Below are positions 45,629 to 54,552 of a DNA stretch of 64,000 nt, one piece after another. Position 1 is the first letter of the stretch; each line of letters starts with the position of its first letter. The stretch is from sequence record NC_061447.1; one strand, written 5' to 3'. A program made the translations under genes and the position numbers. The notes beneath the pieces are model-generated. The model was not told the DNA's origin. It worked only from the letters and a program-made list of their open reading frames with translations, and searched no databases.

Positions 45629-47961
45629 ATTACCTTACGTGTAAGTGCAGACGTACCTTGCTTCTTGGTTACCGTCCACTGATTATGAGAGAAGTGCTCA
45701 ACATCATTCGGAGTTATCCAGTAAATGTTCGGGATAATCTGTTTGAGTATCGGCAGGAAGTTGTTGATGATGTGCTCACTCACCGCAGGGCTGCAACTGT
45801 TATCAGGCTCGTCGAGAATGATAAAGTTCGTGCGACGGTTAGCAGGGATGAATGGCATGATCGCTACGGCAAACAACAGGCGGAAGCAGTTTGTCTCTGC
45901 ACCACTCATGATTGCAATATCGGTTGTCTTTTTAGAAGACACACGCGTAACGGTTGCACCAACACCCTGCTTGGTAGTGAACAAATCGAAGTGCATCGGC
46001 TCAGGGAACACCAGACCGCTGTATTCGTTCAGCTTCTTCTCAATCTGTTTGATACGGCCTTCAACCGCTTTCAGCTTGAGAGCATTGTTGCTGTAAGCCT
46101 TGTACAGGACTTCGAATACTTTGCGCTTATCAATCAGCGGTTGCAGGTCTGCGAGTTTACTACGGAGTTCACGCAACGTTTCTTCGTAGTGCTCATGCTC
46201 CTGAATACGCATCTGGATGTTCTGCGCTTTACGCTCCTTCTTCTCGATATCGGTGATCAGCTTTTCAACTTCGGCGCTAATCTTCTTATATCGACCATCG
46301 AGTATATAGAACGGATCTTCTGGTTCGCCAACAGCTTTGAGTGCAGCACGAAGGTCTTTCAGAATCTCAAGGTCCTTGATTTGGTTCTTGATCGTCTTAC
46401 GAGCTTTCTTAGGCTGCTTCACTGCTTTAGGTTTCTTGAGCGCATCACGCTTGGCCACCAGCTTCTCGTACTTCTTAGCCGCTTCGAATTGTTCTTCGAT
46501 AGCGTCCAGTGCTGTGCTGATTGCCTTGAGTTTCTTCTCAAGGTCCTTGCGCTTGTGCTTAGGCTTCTTCACCTTCTCTGCTTTCAGTTCTGTAAGCTGA
46601 TCGTTGAGCTTGTGATAATCCAAAGCCTCGATGCACTCGTCAATGATTGCCTGAGCTTTCGTTGCAGCGCGAGCCATAGCTTTCAGGTCAACATCCTGAC
46701 CGCAGGTAGGGCAAGAGTTACCATCGTGGTCATGTTCTTCGAAAGCACGATACGCCTGAACTATCGCTTTGGCTTCTGCTCTGGAATCTTGTGCCTCTTC
46801 CTGAGTTCGCTTAGGAGCCTTGAGCTTAGACAGCTTTTTACTGAGCTTGTCCACGGCTTCTCGCCACTCGTCGTATTCTTCTTGTTGTTCATCGACTTTC
46901 TCCAGCAACGCTTCGAGGCTCTCTTCCTCTTTGACTAAGCGTCCATGTTCTTTGCGCAGCTTTTTGTTATCGAGGTCAGCAACATCACCGAGCGCTTTCA
47001 TTTTCTTTTTAACGTCAGCGAGTTCCTGTTGGTACTCCTCCAGTGCTTCAACGTAATCGTCGTAGCGGTCGTGCTCGATCAGTTCACCACGCAGCGCATT
47101 CAATTCGCCTTTCAGGTCAGAGCATTCGATGCCTAACGTGTCGAGTTGATGCTTGAGCTTCTCATACTTCCGCGCGTTCGAGCGCTGAGTACCGAGTTCA
47201 ATCAACTGCTCCGACAGATCGTTACGTCTGGCCTTCATTTTATCAGAGTGCTTGATGATTGAGGCGAGCGTATTCTTTTCTTCGGCGTGAATCGACAACG
47301 CGTTCTGCTTACGTTGAGTAACGTCCAGCATATCAGCCAGACCTTTAGATTCTGTCTCAGCGTCTTTCGCCAAGTCCAGTTTCTTCTTCAACGCCATGCG
47401 AATGTTATCGAACACATCCAGGTTAAACAACGAGGTCAGGTAAGACAGGCGTTCAGCAGGAGTAGCGCGTTGGAATGGATGCTGAATCTGTGACTGGATA
47501 TATGCGTAGCTATAGAACTCGTCACGCGTTAATGGCCAGTGCTTCGTCACCCAAGAGCGAGCAACATCCTGACGATCTACTTTCTGGTTCTCACCATTGT
47601 AGAACACCTGATACTTCGATTTGGTTTGAACGATACGGACTTCACCCCCGAGAGGTGATTCCCACGCCAGCTCAATCGAACTGTCTTTGCCGAGCATGTT
47701 CCCCTTGTCTTTCTTTTTCATTGCAAGAGGGTCAGCTTCATACAGCAGCGTAGGGATTGCACCGAACAACAGGCTTTTGCCTACACCGTTCGTGTTGTCT
47801 TTAACGTTCGGACTGTCGAGGTTCTTACCACAAATGGTTGCGAAGCCTTCACTGTCCAGTGTGTCGATATCAAGCTCTTTGTACACGCCAACATCGCGCA
47901 GATGAATTTCTTTCAGGCCGATGCCGTGGTTCTGTTTTTGCTTCTGCTTCGCTTTGCCCAT
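45625..47961 (-). CDS. sbcC: SbcC/Rad50 (T4 gp46-like) SMC-type ATPase (778 aa)
   Basis: Walker A TNGVGKS with an insertion, Q-loop YIQSQ, long coiled coil with zinc hook CPTCGQ, signature MSGAE, Walker B ILDEPD. Confidence 0.92.
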   Translation of the reverse strand: MGKAKQKQKQNHGIGLKEIHLRDVGVYKELDIDTLDSEGFATICGKNLDSPNVKDNTNGVGKSLLFGAIPTLLYEADPLAMKKKDKGNMLGKDSSIELAWESPLGGEVRIVQTKSKYQVFYNGENQKVDRQDVARSWVTKHWPLTRDEFYSYAYIQSQIQHPFQRATPAERLSYLTSLFNLDVFDNIRMALKKKLDLAKDAETESKGLADMLDVTQRKQNALSIHAEEKNTLASIIKHSDKMKARRNDLSEQLIELGTQRSNARKYEKLKHQLDTLGIECSDLKGELNALRGELIEHDRYDDYVEALEEYQQELADVKKKMKALGDVADLDNKKLRKEHGRLVKEEESLEALLEKVDEQQEEYDEWREAVDKLSKKLSKLKAPKRTQEEAQDSRAEAKAIVQAYRAFEEHDHDGNSCPTCGQDVDLKAMARAATKAQAIIDECIEALDYHKLNDQLTELKAEKVKKPKHKRKDLEKKLKAISTALDAIEEQFEAAKKYEKLVAKRDALKKPKAVKQPKKARKTIKNQIKDLEILKDLRAALKAVGEPEDPFYILDGRYKKISAEVEKLITDIEKKERKAQNIQMRIQEHEHYEETLRELRSKLADLQPLIDKRKVFEVLYKAYSNNALKLKAVEGRIKQIEKKLNEYSGLVFPEPMHFDLFTTKQGVGATVTRVSSKKTTDIAIMSGAETNCFRLLFAVAIMPFIPANRRTNFIILDEPDNSCSPAVSEHIINNFLPILKQIIPNIYWITPNDVEHFSHNQWTVTKKQGTSALTRKVM

Positions 47962-48161
47962 TAGACGTACTCGATTGTTTCTTCCTGGATAAGACCTTTA
48001 CCGTGAATCTGTTCGAATACTTCGATTTCATCAGCAGTGTACGGCTCGGCAGATTCTGCGATCACATCATACGCATATGACTCGTCGCGGGTATCGCTTG
48101 CTATGGGTTTTAAAACACGCCACAGAGGCAGAGCGATCGGTTCACGTTGGATAGCAGGCAT
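47961..48161 (-). CDS. Hypothetical protein (66 aa)
   Basis: Coupled on both sides (TAATG). Confidence 0.6.
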   Translation of the reverse strand: MPAIQREPIALPLWRVLKPIASDTRDESYAYDVIAESAEPYTADEIEVFEQIHGKGLIQEETIEYV

Positions 48162-48373
48162 TAGTGGAATACTCCCTGACGCTCAACCCAAAGGTCAGCA
48201 GCACGATACACCTGGCGCAGCTCATTCAGTTTTTCTTCTGGTACAGGAGTAGCAGACGAGAAGATGCACTGCGGTGTCTTCTCCTCTTTGCCTGTTACTG
48301 GATTGATATCGGTGTCGTGACGCATTACGTTCCAGCGGCTATTCGAGCCACGGATATTGATAGTCTGGTTCAT
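48161..48373 (-). CDS. Hypothetical protein (70 aa)
   Basis: First gene after the CTGTAAATA motif at 48410. Confidence 0.6.
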   Translation of the reverse strand: MNQTINIRGSNSRWNVMRHDTDINPVTGKEEKTPQCIFSSATPVPEEKLNELRQVYRAADLWVERQGVFH

Positions 48374-48435
48374 GGTTAAAGCCCAAGTATTGGTGTTAAT
48401 GATACTCGTTATTTACAGTTTTGATCGGTATAGAC

Positions 48436-48463
48436 AAAAAGAAGGGCCACCGTTAGGCAGCCC
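48436..48463 (-). terminator. Intrinsic terminator
   Basis: Minus strand GGGCTGCC-TAAC-GGTGGCCC-TTCTTTTT. Confidence 0.75.
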
Positions 48464-48737
48464 CTGCGAACACTTTGCGCACACCATTATCCAGGTAGTG
48501 GTCTCCATAGAACGGACCATCAACATTTTCAAGACCAATACGCCGACGTAGCTGTCTGTGCAAGCGCTTAGGCCATACCAGTTCATCATCTATCAGATGA
48601 ATAACAGCAGGCATTGCTTCACGTTGGTCCATCATCAGGCCACGAATCTTCGCGTCAATCTTACAAAGTTCGGCGTAGTCCTGTTCTGGAGTTGGTACGT
48701 TGCACACAGGCTTAGAAAGATCTACGGTGAGTTCCAT
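48453..48737 (-). CDS. Hypothetical protein (94 aa)
   Basis: GAGG RBS, coupled start. Confidence 0.6.
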   Translation of the reverse strand: MELTVDLSKPVCNVPTPEQDYAELCKIDAKIRGLMMDQREAMPAVIHLIDDELVWPKRLHRQLRRRIGLENVDGPFYGDHYLDNGVRKVFAGAA

Positions 48738-49186
48738 CAGTACCTCCGTGGTTTCTTAGGCTTCTTAGGCCTTGTGGATTTAGGACGCTTGATACGCTGT
48801 AACGCTTTACGCGCTTCGGCGATCTGACCAGACAATGCTGCGCGTTGTTTCTTCGTCGCGTCAGTATCTTGGTCTGTGCCTTTCAGTTTCTCAAGACGGT
48901 TCCATTCTTTCACCAAACGATCAACGACAGCAGCACGGCTCACACGTTGTTGGTTGGTGCGAACGATATCCTGCTGGGTCTTTACCGAACGTTGAGTGTC
49001 CTGCACTTTCTTACGTGCGGCCTCAACACCTCGTGTATCTCCCTCGGATTGTTTGTCGTTCAGTTCTTTACGCGCCGCATTACTTCTGCGTTGCGCACCT
49101 TTGAGATCGTCACGCGAGTTTTCTAAACTCACTTTGGTATCTTCGAGTGGGCTAGAGCGCACACTCAAACTGACCATGATTTCCAT
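48737..49186 (-). CDS. Basic coiled-coil protein with an MEIMVSLS leader (149 aa)
   Basis: Start moved to ATG 49186 behind GGAG; the longer track ORF runs through a terminator. Confidence 0.75.
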   Translation of the reverse strand: MEIMVSLSVRSSPLEDTKVSLENSRDDLKGAQRRSNAARKELNDKQSEGDTRGVEAARKKVQDTQRSVKTQQDIVRTNQQRVSRAAVVDRLVKEWNRLEKLKGTDQDTDATKKQRAALSGQIAEARKALQRIKRPKSTRPKKPKKPRRY

Positions 49187-49202
49187 AACGGCTCCAGAAA
49201 TG

Positions 49203-49229
49203 AAAAAGGGCAGCCGAAGCCACCCTTTT
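49203..49229 (-). terminator. Intrinsic terminator (near-copy of those at 7710 and 36327)
   Basis: Minus strand AAAAGGGTGGC-TTCG-GCTGCCC-TTTTT. Confidence 0.85.
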
Positions 49230-49316
49230 GTAGATGGCGCGCTATGCACCCGACTGTTAAGTCTACTACGATTATTTTACCTCGCAGTAGTCAGCGAGGA
49301 GATTGGGATCACCTCC

Positions 49317-49853
49317 TCATGCTGATTGAAGGTCGAGAATTTCCTCGTCTTCGATATCAGCGGCAGACCACGAACGAATCACGGACGCATTACCGCGGTT
49401 GCCTGTCAGCATCATCTTAACAGATGGCTTGGCATCGCGCTCTGCGTAGTGGTCGATAAGAGCTTTCTCTGAACCGAACCACATAATGGAGTGACCACCT
49501 TTAGGGCAGATCAAGAATTGAGCAGGACGCTGCGGTACGTTGAGCGTCATGTACAGATCACCGACGCCGTTAGGACCTAACATAGGCATCGGCTTCATGA
49601 TTTGGGCAAAGTCAGTAGCATCTTTAAGACGCTTATCGCCTAACAACCAGAGAGCACCTTCTTCGCCTTCACGCACGGCAGACAGTGTGCCCTTGCGAGT
49701 AGTGATTGAACCAAAGGTGTCTTGATCGAAGCGGGCCAGACCAAAGATAAGCGATGCGAGCTTCTTCAGGTCAGGGGTCGTGCATGGGCTATCAATTTGT
49801 GCCATGCCCTCAGACCCAAGTGTAATCTTCGAGAGTGATACAAAGATTTCCAT
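49317..49853 (-). CDS. Hypothetical protein with an MEIFVSLS leader (178 aa)
   Basis: CTAATTTT motif about 35 nt upstream. Confidence 0.75.
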   Translation of the reverse strand: MEIFVSLSKITLGSEGMAQIDSPCTTPDLKKLASLIFGLARFDQDTFGSITTRKGTLSAVREGEEGALWLLGDKRLKDATDFAQIMKPMPMLGPNGVGDLYMTLNVPQRPAQFLICPKGGHSIMWFGSEKALIDHYAERDAKPSVKMMLTGNRGNASVIRSWSAADIEDEEILDLQSA

Positions 49854-49918
49854 TATTGTCTTCCAGCGCTATTGTGAATTGTGGATTAAAATTAGCGTTG
49901 AGTCAGACATTTCTGAAA

Positions 49919-49951
49919 TAAAAATGGGCAGCACTTTGGCCACCCATTTTT
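49919..49951 (-). terminator. Intrinsic terminator after the clamp loader gene
   Basis: Minus strand AAAAATGGGTGGC-CAAAGT-GCTGCCCATTTTT. Confidence 0.8.
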
Positions 49952-49958
49952 CACTTAT

Positions 49959-51248
49959 TTACTTCTTCTTTTTCTTTTTAGCTTTCTTCTCTTTGGGTTC
50001 GTCGTCTTCGTCGTCGTTACCCAAATCAACCACCAGCTTGCCGCTATAGATATCAGACATGGTTCTGGTGGTCACAGTTTCCAGCATGATATCTGCTGGC
50101 ACCGATGTAGAGTTGAATGCTACTTCGGCTTCTGCTAATGCGGATTGCAGATACACCAAACTGACCAGATTGACTTTGATGTTGTCTTTCTTGACCATGT
50201 TCATGAACATCTTGAGGCCAGCCGACTGCCACTTATTCGTTTCGGCATAATGCCCCAACACACCGTGAATAATCCAACGAGCTTTCGCTACGATTGCACG
50301 AGGGTTGTTCGCTTCACGCAGGAACTGAATAACACCGATCAGGTCCATCGCAAGATACGCACCGATCATCTGGACAGCTTTCGCTTCCATATCGATCTCT
50401 GGATCTGCTGCTGCGAGTTCGGCAACGAGGTTCTTATCGAAGTCCTCACCACCTTTCACCGAAGCGTAGATGTTCTGCAACATGGTGATTGCACCACGCA
50501 TCTGGCCACCAGCATATTCAGCAACCTGATGCAATGCTGCGTCTGCTTTATCACGCGCCTTATCTTTCTTCGGCATGATATCAAGCTGGTCACTGATCTC
50601 CAACAGACGCTTATGAATCACGTCAGTAGGAATCGGCCTGATAGGTAGTTGCGTCATGCGGCTGATCATCGTGTTCTTCATCTTCTCTGGGTTCGTTGTT
50701 ACGAAGATGAATACAACGTGCGCTGGTGGCTGCTCGGTGATCTTAAGGAACTTCGATTCGGCTGCGCTGGACATGAGGTGCGATTCGTCGAAGATGAATA
50801 CGCGACGTTTGAACATCGGACTCAATGGTGCGCTGTCCACAATCTTCTGCGAGCCGTCAACTTTACCAGCTTCACCGCCCATATCGAACTCTTGCTCGTC
50901 AGGGTGTGCGCCGCGGTCGTGCATCTCACACGAACGACATTTGCCACAGGCCGAGAACGATTCACAGTTGATGTACTTCGCTACCAGACGTGCAAACGTT
51001 GTTTTACCAGAACCGAGATGACCAGTAATGATCATCGTTGATGGAATCGTTTTCGACTTCTGCCAACCTTTCATGATCTTAACGATGTGGTCTTGACCAA
51101 CATAGTCTTCAATCTTCTTCGGTCGGAATTGATCTGCAAAGTTAATCGTGGTCAACTCTACAGACTCGGAAGAACCGCCTTTCTTTTTCGATGGCTTATC
51201 GTCACCGAACGAACGCGACTTCTTCTTTTTCTTTTCTTCTTTCGCCAT
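49959..51248 (-). CDS. dnaX: Clamp loader ATPase, DNA polymerase III gamma/tau-like (429 aa)
   Basis: FRPKKIEDYVGQ, TGHLGSGKTT (Walker A), zinc module INCE...CGKCRSC, IFDESHLMS (Walker B), EQPPAHVVFIFVTT, TMISR. Confidence 0.92.
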   Translation of the reverse strand: MAKEEKKKKKSRSFGDDKPSKKKGGSSESVELTTINFADQFRPKKIEDYVGQDHIVKIMKGWQKSKTIPSTMIITGHLGSGKTTFARLVAKYINCESFSACGKCRSCEMHDRGAHPDEQEFDMGGEAGKVDGSQKIVDSAPLSPMFKRRVFIFDESHLMSSAAESKFLKITEQPPAHVVFIFVTTNPEKMKNTMISRMTQLPIRPIPTDVIHKRLLEISDQLDIMPKKDKARDKADAALHQVAEYAGGQMRGAITMLQNIYASVKGGEDFDKNLVAELAAADPEIDMEAKAVQMIGAYLAMDLIGVIQFLREANNPRAIVAKARWIIHGVLGHYAETNKWQSAGLKMFMNMVKKDNIKVNLVSLVYLQSALAEAEVAFNSTSVPADIMLETVTTRTMSDIYSGKLVVDLGNDDEDDEPKEKKAKKKKKK

Positions 51249-51303
51249 TTTACTTCGCCCTATAGTTTTGATGCGTTACACCTGATATTTACAGATTTTA
51301 GAC

Positions 51304-51339
51304 AAAAAGAAAGGACCACATCCAAAATGGAGGGTCCTT
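51304..51339 (-). terminator. Intrinsic terminator
   Basis: Minus strand AAGGACC...GGTCCTT-TCTTTTT. Confidence 0.7.
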
Positions 51340-51390
51340 ATGGTATTACAAAGTTTGGGATGATAACACATCGGCAGTGGGCGCTGACGA

Positions 51391-51588
51391 TTAGGCAAAG
51401 CTCATTTCCCAGCGTGGTACCACGCGGAAGAATTGCTTAAAGTGGGACGGCGGGTTCTGCTTGATGGACTCAAGTTTCTTTTCCACAACGTCGTAATCTT
51501 TTATGCCACTCTCAACAGTGTGAGTGGTGAATGTACCGTCAGCCTGAATCAAGTCGGCGACAACACGGTAGCTTGGTCTACGAAGCAT
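51391..51588 (-). CDS. Hypothetical protein (65 aa)
   Basis: AGGAG RBS; CTGTAAACA variant motif upstream at 51629. Confidence 0.6.
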   Translation of the reverse strand: MLRRPSYRVVADLIQADGTFTTHTVESGIKDYDVVEKKLESIKQNPPSHFKQFFRVVPRWEMSFA

Positions 51589-51682
51589 CTATTCTCCTGT
51601 GCTAAAAATTTCTCGTTCTTCTGAATTATGTTTACAGTTTACTGCGAGTAGTCACACAAGAATAAAGTCAGAAAAGTCTTAA

Positions 51683-52012
51683 ACTCCAATAGGCTCTCCG
51701 TGAAAAAACCTATTGGAGTCCACCCTCGCCAGATGACGGTCTAGCCAGGGCTTTCTCCCCGTGTCTTTCGAATGCACCGACACGGTAGCGCTTGCGGTCT
51801 TACGCCCTTTGCGGCTTGCGAACTTATCGGCAGGTAGCAGCGTTCGCAGCCTAGAGCAGCCGCTTTCGGCCATTAGCGATAACGCGGTGTTACGCTATTT
51901 GGCCTAGGGTGACTCTGGGCCGAGTCTGTACAAAAAAGAGTTCGGCCTATCCCCAAATTCGGCAAAAGAAACAGGCCGAACTAAACAGTCAGCACACACT
52001 CCGTATGCGCTG
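51683..52012 (-). ncRNA. Candidate structured non-coding RNA (multi-branched, unassigned)
   Basis: Lies in a 470-nt intergenic gap. A long-range helix GAGTCACCCT/AGGGT(G)GACTC closes about 190 nt containing several hairpins. GNRA-type loops and G-U pairs mostly fit the minus strand. Flanked by 10-bp perfect hairpins. Confidence 0.55.
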
Positions 52013-52060
52013 TTTTGTACTGTTACAAATTAGAAACATTGTGAAATATTCAGACAATTC

Positions 52061-52648
52061 TTAACCCAACATCGGGAGAAGATTTTGCAAGAAATGTTTC
52101 TTGTCGAATGACGTAATTCGGTGAGGATGATCAATGTGCGTGTTCCATCCTTTGGTAAACAGCATCACATTGTTAGGCAGCTTCAACTGATCGCCGACGC
52201 GTGTGAACTTGTCGCGCACCGCAGTAACAGGATTGTCGTCAACCAGAATCCAAGTACCTTCACCGAACTTCTCATTCAGGTAGGCAATCTTATCAGGATG
52301 CTGGCGACTGTCCAGAACTTCGATATGGTCGAACAACGACAGGTGTTTCTCCAGAGCCTTACGCGTGTTGCGTTCACCTTTAGCGTGATAGCCACGATGC
52401 GTACAAATGCCGACGCTGAAACCGTCACGCACCAACATCGCAACAGTCTGGATGAAGTAGTCACGCATGTTGGCTTCAAACATGAAGCGGCCATCTTCCA
52501 ACATTTCGACGAAAGGCTCATGTCCATTCTCTGGCGTGATGTACGTGTCAGTGCCTGGGTAGATTCCCCAGTTCATCAGATAGCACAACATGAAGTTATG
52601 CGTATCAAACGCCGTGTCGTCCATGTCGAAGAAAATATATTTGATCAT
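52061..52648 (-). CDS. HAD-superfamily hydrolase, 5'(3')-deoxyribonucleotidase-like (195 aa)
   Basis: Motif I YIFFDMDDT, motif II ICTHR, motif III K (PDK), motif IV LVDDNP. Confidence 0.8.
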   Translation of the reverse strand: MIKYIFFDMDDTAFDTHNFMLCYLMNWGIYPGTDTYITPENGHEPFVEMLEDGRFMFEANMRDYFIQTVAMLVRDGFSVGICTHRGYHAKGERNTRKALEKHLSLFDHIEVLDSRQHPDKIAYLNEKFGEGTWILVDDNPVTAVRDKFTRVGDQLKLPNNVMLFTKGWNTHIDHPHRITSFDKKHFLQNLLPMLG

Positions 52649-52992
52649 TAATGCCTCGTGCTTTTAACTACCAGAGGAATATCATTAATGAATGCCATTG
52701 TCAGCAACTCACCATTGTGGCGCAATCGCATTTCATCGGCATTCATAACGATAGCAATATCGGCGAGAGGATCTACCTTGAAGATTGGGACTTCGAAAAG
52801 CTGTGCTTCCAATTCGCTTTCTTCGTCATCAACAACGTAGTAGCCTCCGTACATTAACACAGTGTCACCTGAATCTACGAGGTGACCAATGATGCGCTCG
52901 TCACCATCCACGATCATGTGGAGTGGTTGGTCGATGTAGTAACCACTATCATCGTCCGCACCAAATTCAAAGTCGAAATCCTCGTCGCCCAT
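52648..52992 (-). CDS. Acidic hypothetical protein (114 aa)
   Basis: Coupled to the next gene (TAATG). Confidence 0.65.
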   Translation of the reverse strand: MGDEDFDFEFGADDDSGYYIDQPLHMIVDGDERIIGHLVDSGDTVLMYGGYYVVDDEESELEAQLFEVPIFKVDPLADIAIVMNADEMRLRHNGELLTMAFINDIPLVVKSTRH

Positions 52993-52994
52993 AA

Positions 52995-53570
52995 CTATGC
53001 CCTTAAATCAACCAAGATAGACGCAGACAAATCTCGGAGCATCTCACGCCCGAGAGGTGTGTACATTACTTGCGATACAACGATGCGTTCGAGGAAGAGG
53101 CGAGAACTGATAACGTCCTGACCTGTCTTCTGCCGAACGAACTCAATGATGGCTGATGGTGGTTGGATGAGGAACGTTAAGATCTCCGCGTCGTGCAGGA
53201 CGCTGCCCATCTCGGTAACAGGTTTCATTTCTGTTTCCTGATCGAGAATGTAAGAGATCACACGGTCTTCATTACCTATGTTGCGGTGCAGTTTAAAAAA
53301 CTTACGAGCAGCACTCACGGTGTGCATAAAGTCGTAGTCCGAAGAAGTCGGCATACGGAGAAAGAGTGAAGCGAGCAGCAGGTTTATTTCTAACTGCGGG
53401 CCTTGCTCGATGTTCAACATGGCGTGTGAGGTCAGTACCACGTTCAACGAGAAGTCACGAGTGTAGAGCGGGTGAGAGTTAGCTGTCTGGTCAAAGTAGT
53501 CAAGGGCCTGACGTAACCCTTGACGTCTTAACAGGTGCTCTGCCTTAATACGCGTAAGGCGTTGCATCAC
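52995..53570 (-). CDS. Hypothetical helical protein, possibly a degenerate HD-domain fold (191 aa)
   Basis: Spacing of LYTRDFSLNV / LLLASLFLRM / LHDAEIL mirrors the HD-domain H...HD...D motifs with the metal ligands replaced. Confidence 0.6.
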   Translation of the reverse strand: MMQRLTRIKAEHLLRRQGLRQALDYFDQTANSHPLYTRDFSLNVVLTSHAMLNIEQGPQLEINLLLASLFLRMPTSSDYDFMHTVSAARKFFKLHRNIGNEDRVISYILDQETEMKPVTEMGSVLHDAEILTFLIQPPSAIIEFVRQKTGQDVISSRLFLERIVVSQVMYTPLGREMLRDLSASILVDLRA

Positions 53571-54541
53571 TCAGCGCCACGAATCTCTTTAAGCGAGTTC
53601 TTAATCGCTTTACGCAACGTCTTGCCTGTGTCGATGCCGTCGAGATGACGAGCGAACACGTTAGCAAACAACGTTGTTGGATTCTTCATGATCGCTTTAT
53701 CGAGGTCAGGTCGACCCTCAGCGATTTGAATCTCACCAGGCCAGAGTTCAGCAACTGCCTGACTATCGTTGGCAGCAATCAGCTCCAGCTCACGGACCGA
53801 GATAGAGTTCTGACGAGCAATCGTGCGGAAGATCATGTCAACGAAAGGCAACAGGTCTTCGGACACAACGTTCTTCACATCTTTCGCATCACCAGCTCGC
53901 TGGAAATCTTCCAGCAGACCTTCGAGGTGAGTTTGCGTGATCTTCTGGACGTTACGCAGTTTCTTAAACAGCATCATCCATTTGACCTTGCGCTTAGAAC
54001 TCAGCAGGTGCGTCCACACCGATTCACCGAGTGCGATGATCAGTTTGTTGTAGACGTCAACACTAACGCAATCGCGGTCAACGAAGATCGTAATCTCGTC
54101 ATGCCACTCGTCCTTCTTAAACTTAGAACGGAACGAGTGAGTCTTCGAACCAGACTGCTGGACGAAATTGATTTGCTTGCAGCGACGAACGGCTTCGTTC
54201 AGGCCGTACTTCTCAATGACCTTAGGAAGTTTCTTCACTGCCATGCGACAGGCTTTGGCTACTTCGGCCTCACGCCCGTAGAGAGCAAGACGAGGCAGAC
54301 CACCATAGACAGGCATTGAAGCGTATGGTCGAACAGTCACACCACAGACTGACATACCAGGCTCAGGGTCTGGCCCAAGCACTGCAAGTACATCGCCAGC
54401 CTTAGGACTGAACTTGATTGTTTCTGGATCAGGCGAACCGAGCGTATTAGCCAGAATGCCAACAGTTTTGCCGGTTGCCAGAACAAGATGATTTTTATTA
54501 CCCTGTCTTACGACAACGTAATCTCTTTCACTATGTTTCAT
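53567..54541 (-). CDS. Hypothetical protein (324 aa)
   Basis: Long ORF tiling the operon. Confidence 0.75.
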   Translation of the reverse strand: MKHSERDYVVVRQGNKNHLVLATGKTVGILANTLGSPDPETIKFSPKAGDVLAVLGPDPEPGMSVCGVTVRPYASMPVYGGLPRLALYGREAEVAKACRMAVKKLPKVIEKYGLNEAVRRCKQINFVQQSGSKTHSFRSKFKKDEWHDEITIFVDRDCVSVDVYNKLIIALGESVWTHLLSSKRKVKWMMLFKKLRNVQKITQTHLEGLLEDFQRAGDAKDVKNVVSEDLLPFVDMIFRTIARQNSISVRELELIAANDSQAVAELWPGEIQIAEGRPDLDKAIMKNPTTLFANVFARHLDGIDTGKTLRKAIKNSLKEIRGAE

Positions 54542-54552
54542 AACGGCCTTTA

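Noticed and set aside
49959-50000. A-rich run at the end of the DnaX-like gene suggesting a dnaX-type programmed frameshift
   Set aside because: The run simply encodes the terminal poly-Lys, is followed by a stop and a terminator, and no downstream tau-like frame exists.
51679-51873. 64-aa minus-strand ORF inside the structured intergenic region
   Set aside because: No RBS, atypical composition, and the sequence is better explained by base-pairing constraints; cannot be fully excluded.
52001-52030. CCGTATGCG resembling the start of group II intron domain V
   Set aside because: The complementary GCACGTACGG arm is missing, there is no intron-encoded RT, and the bases are used by a different hairpin.
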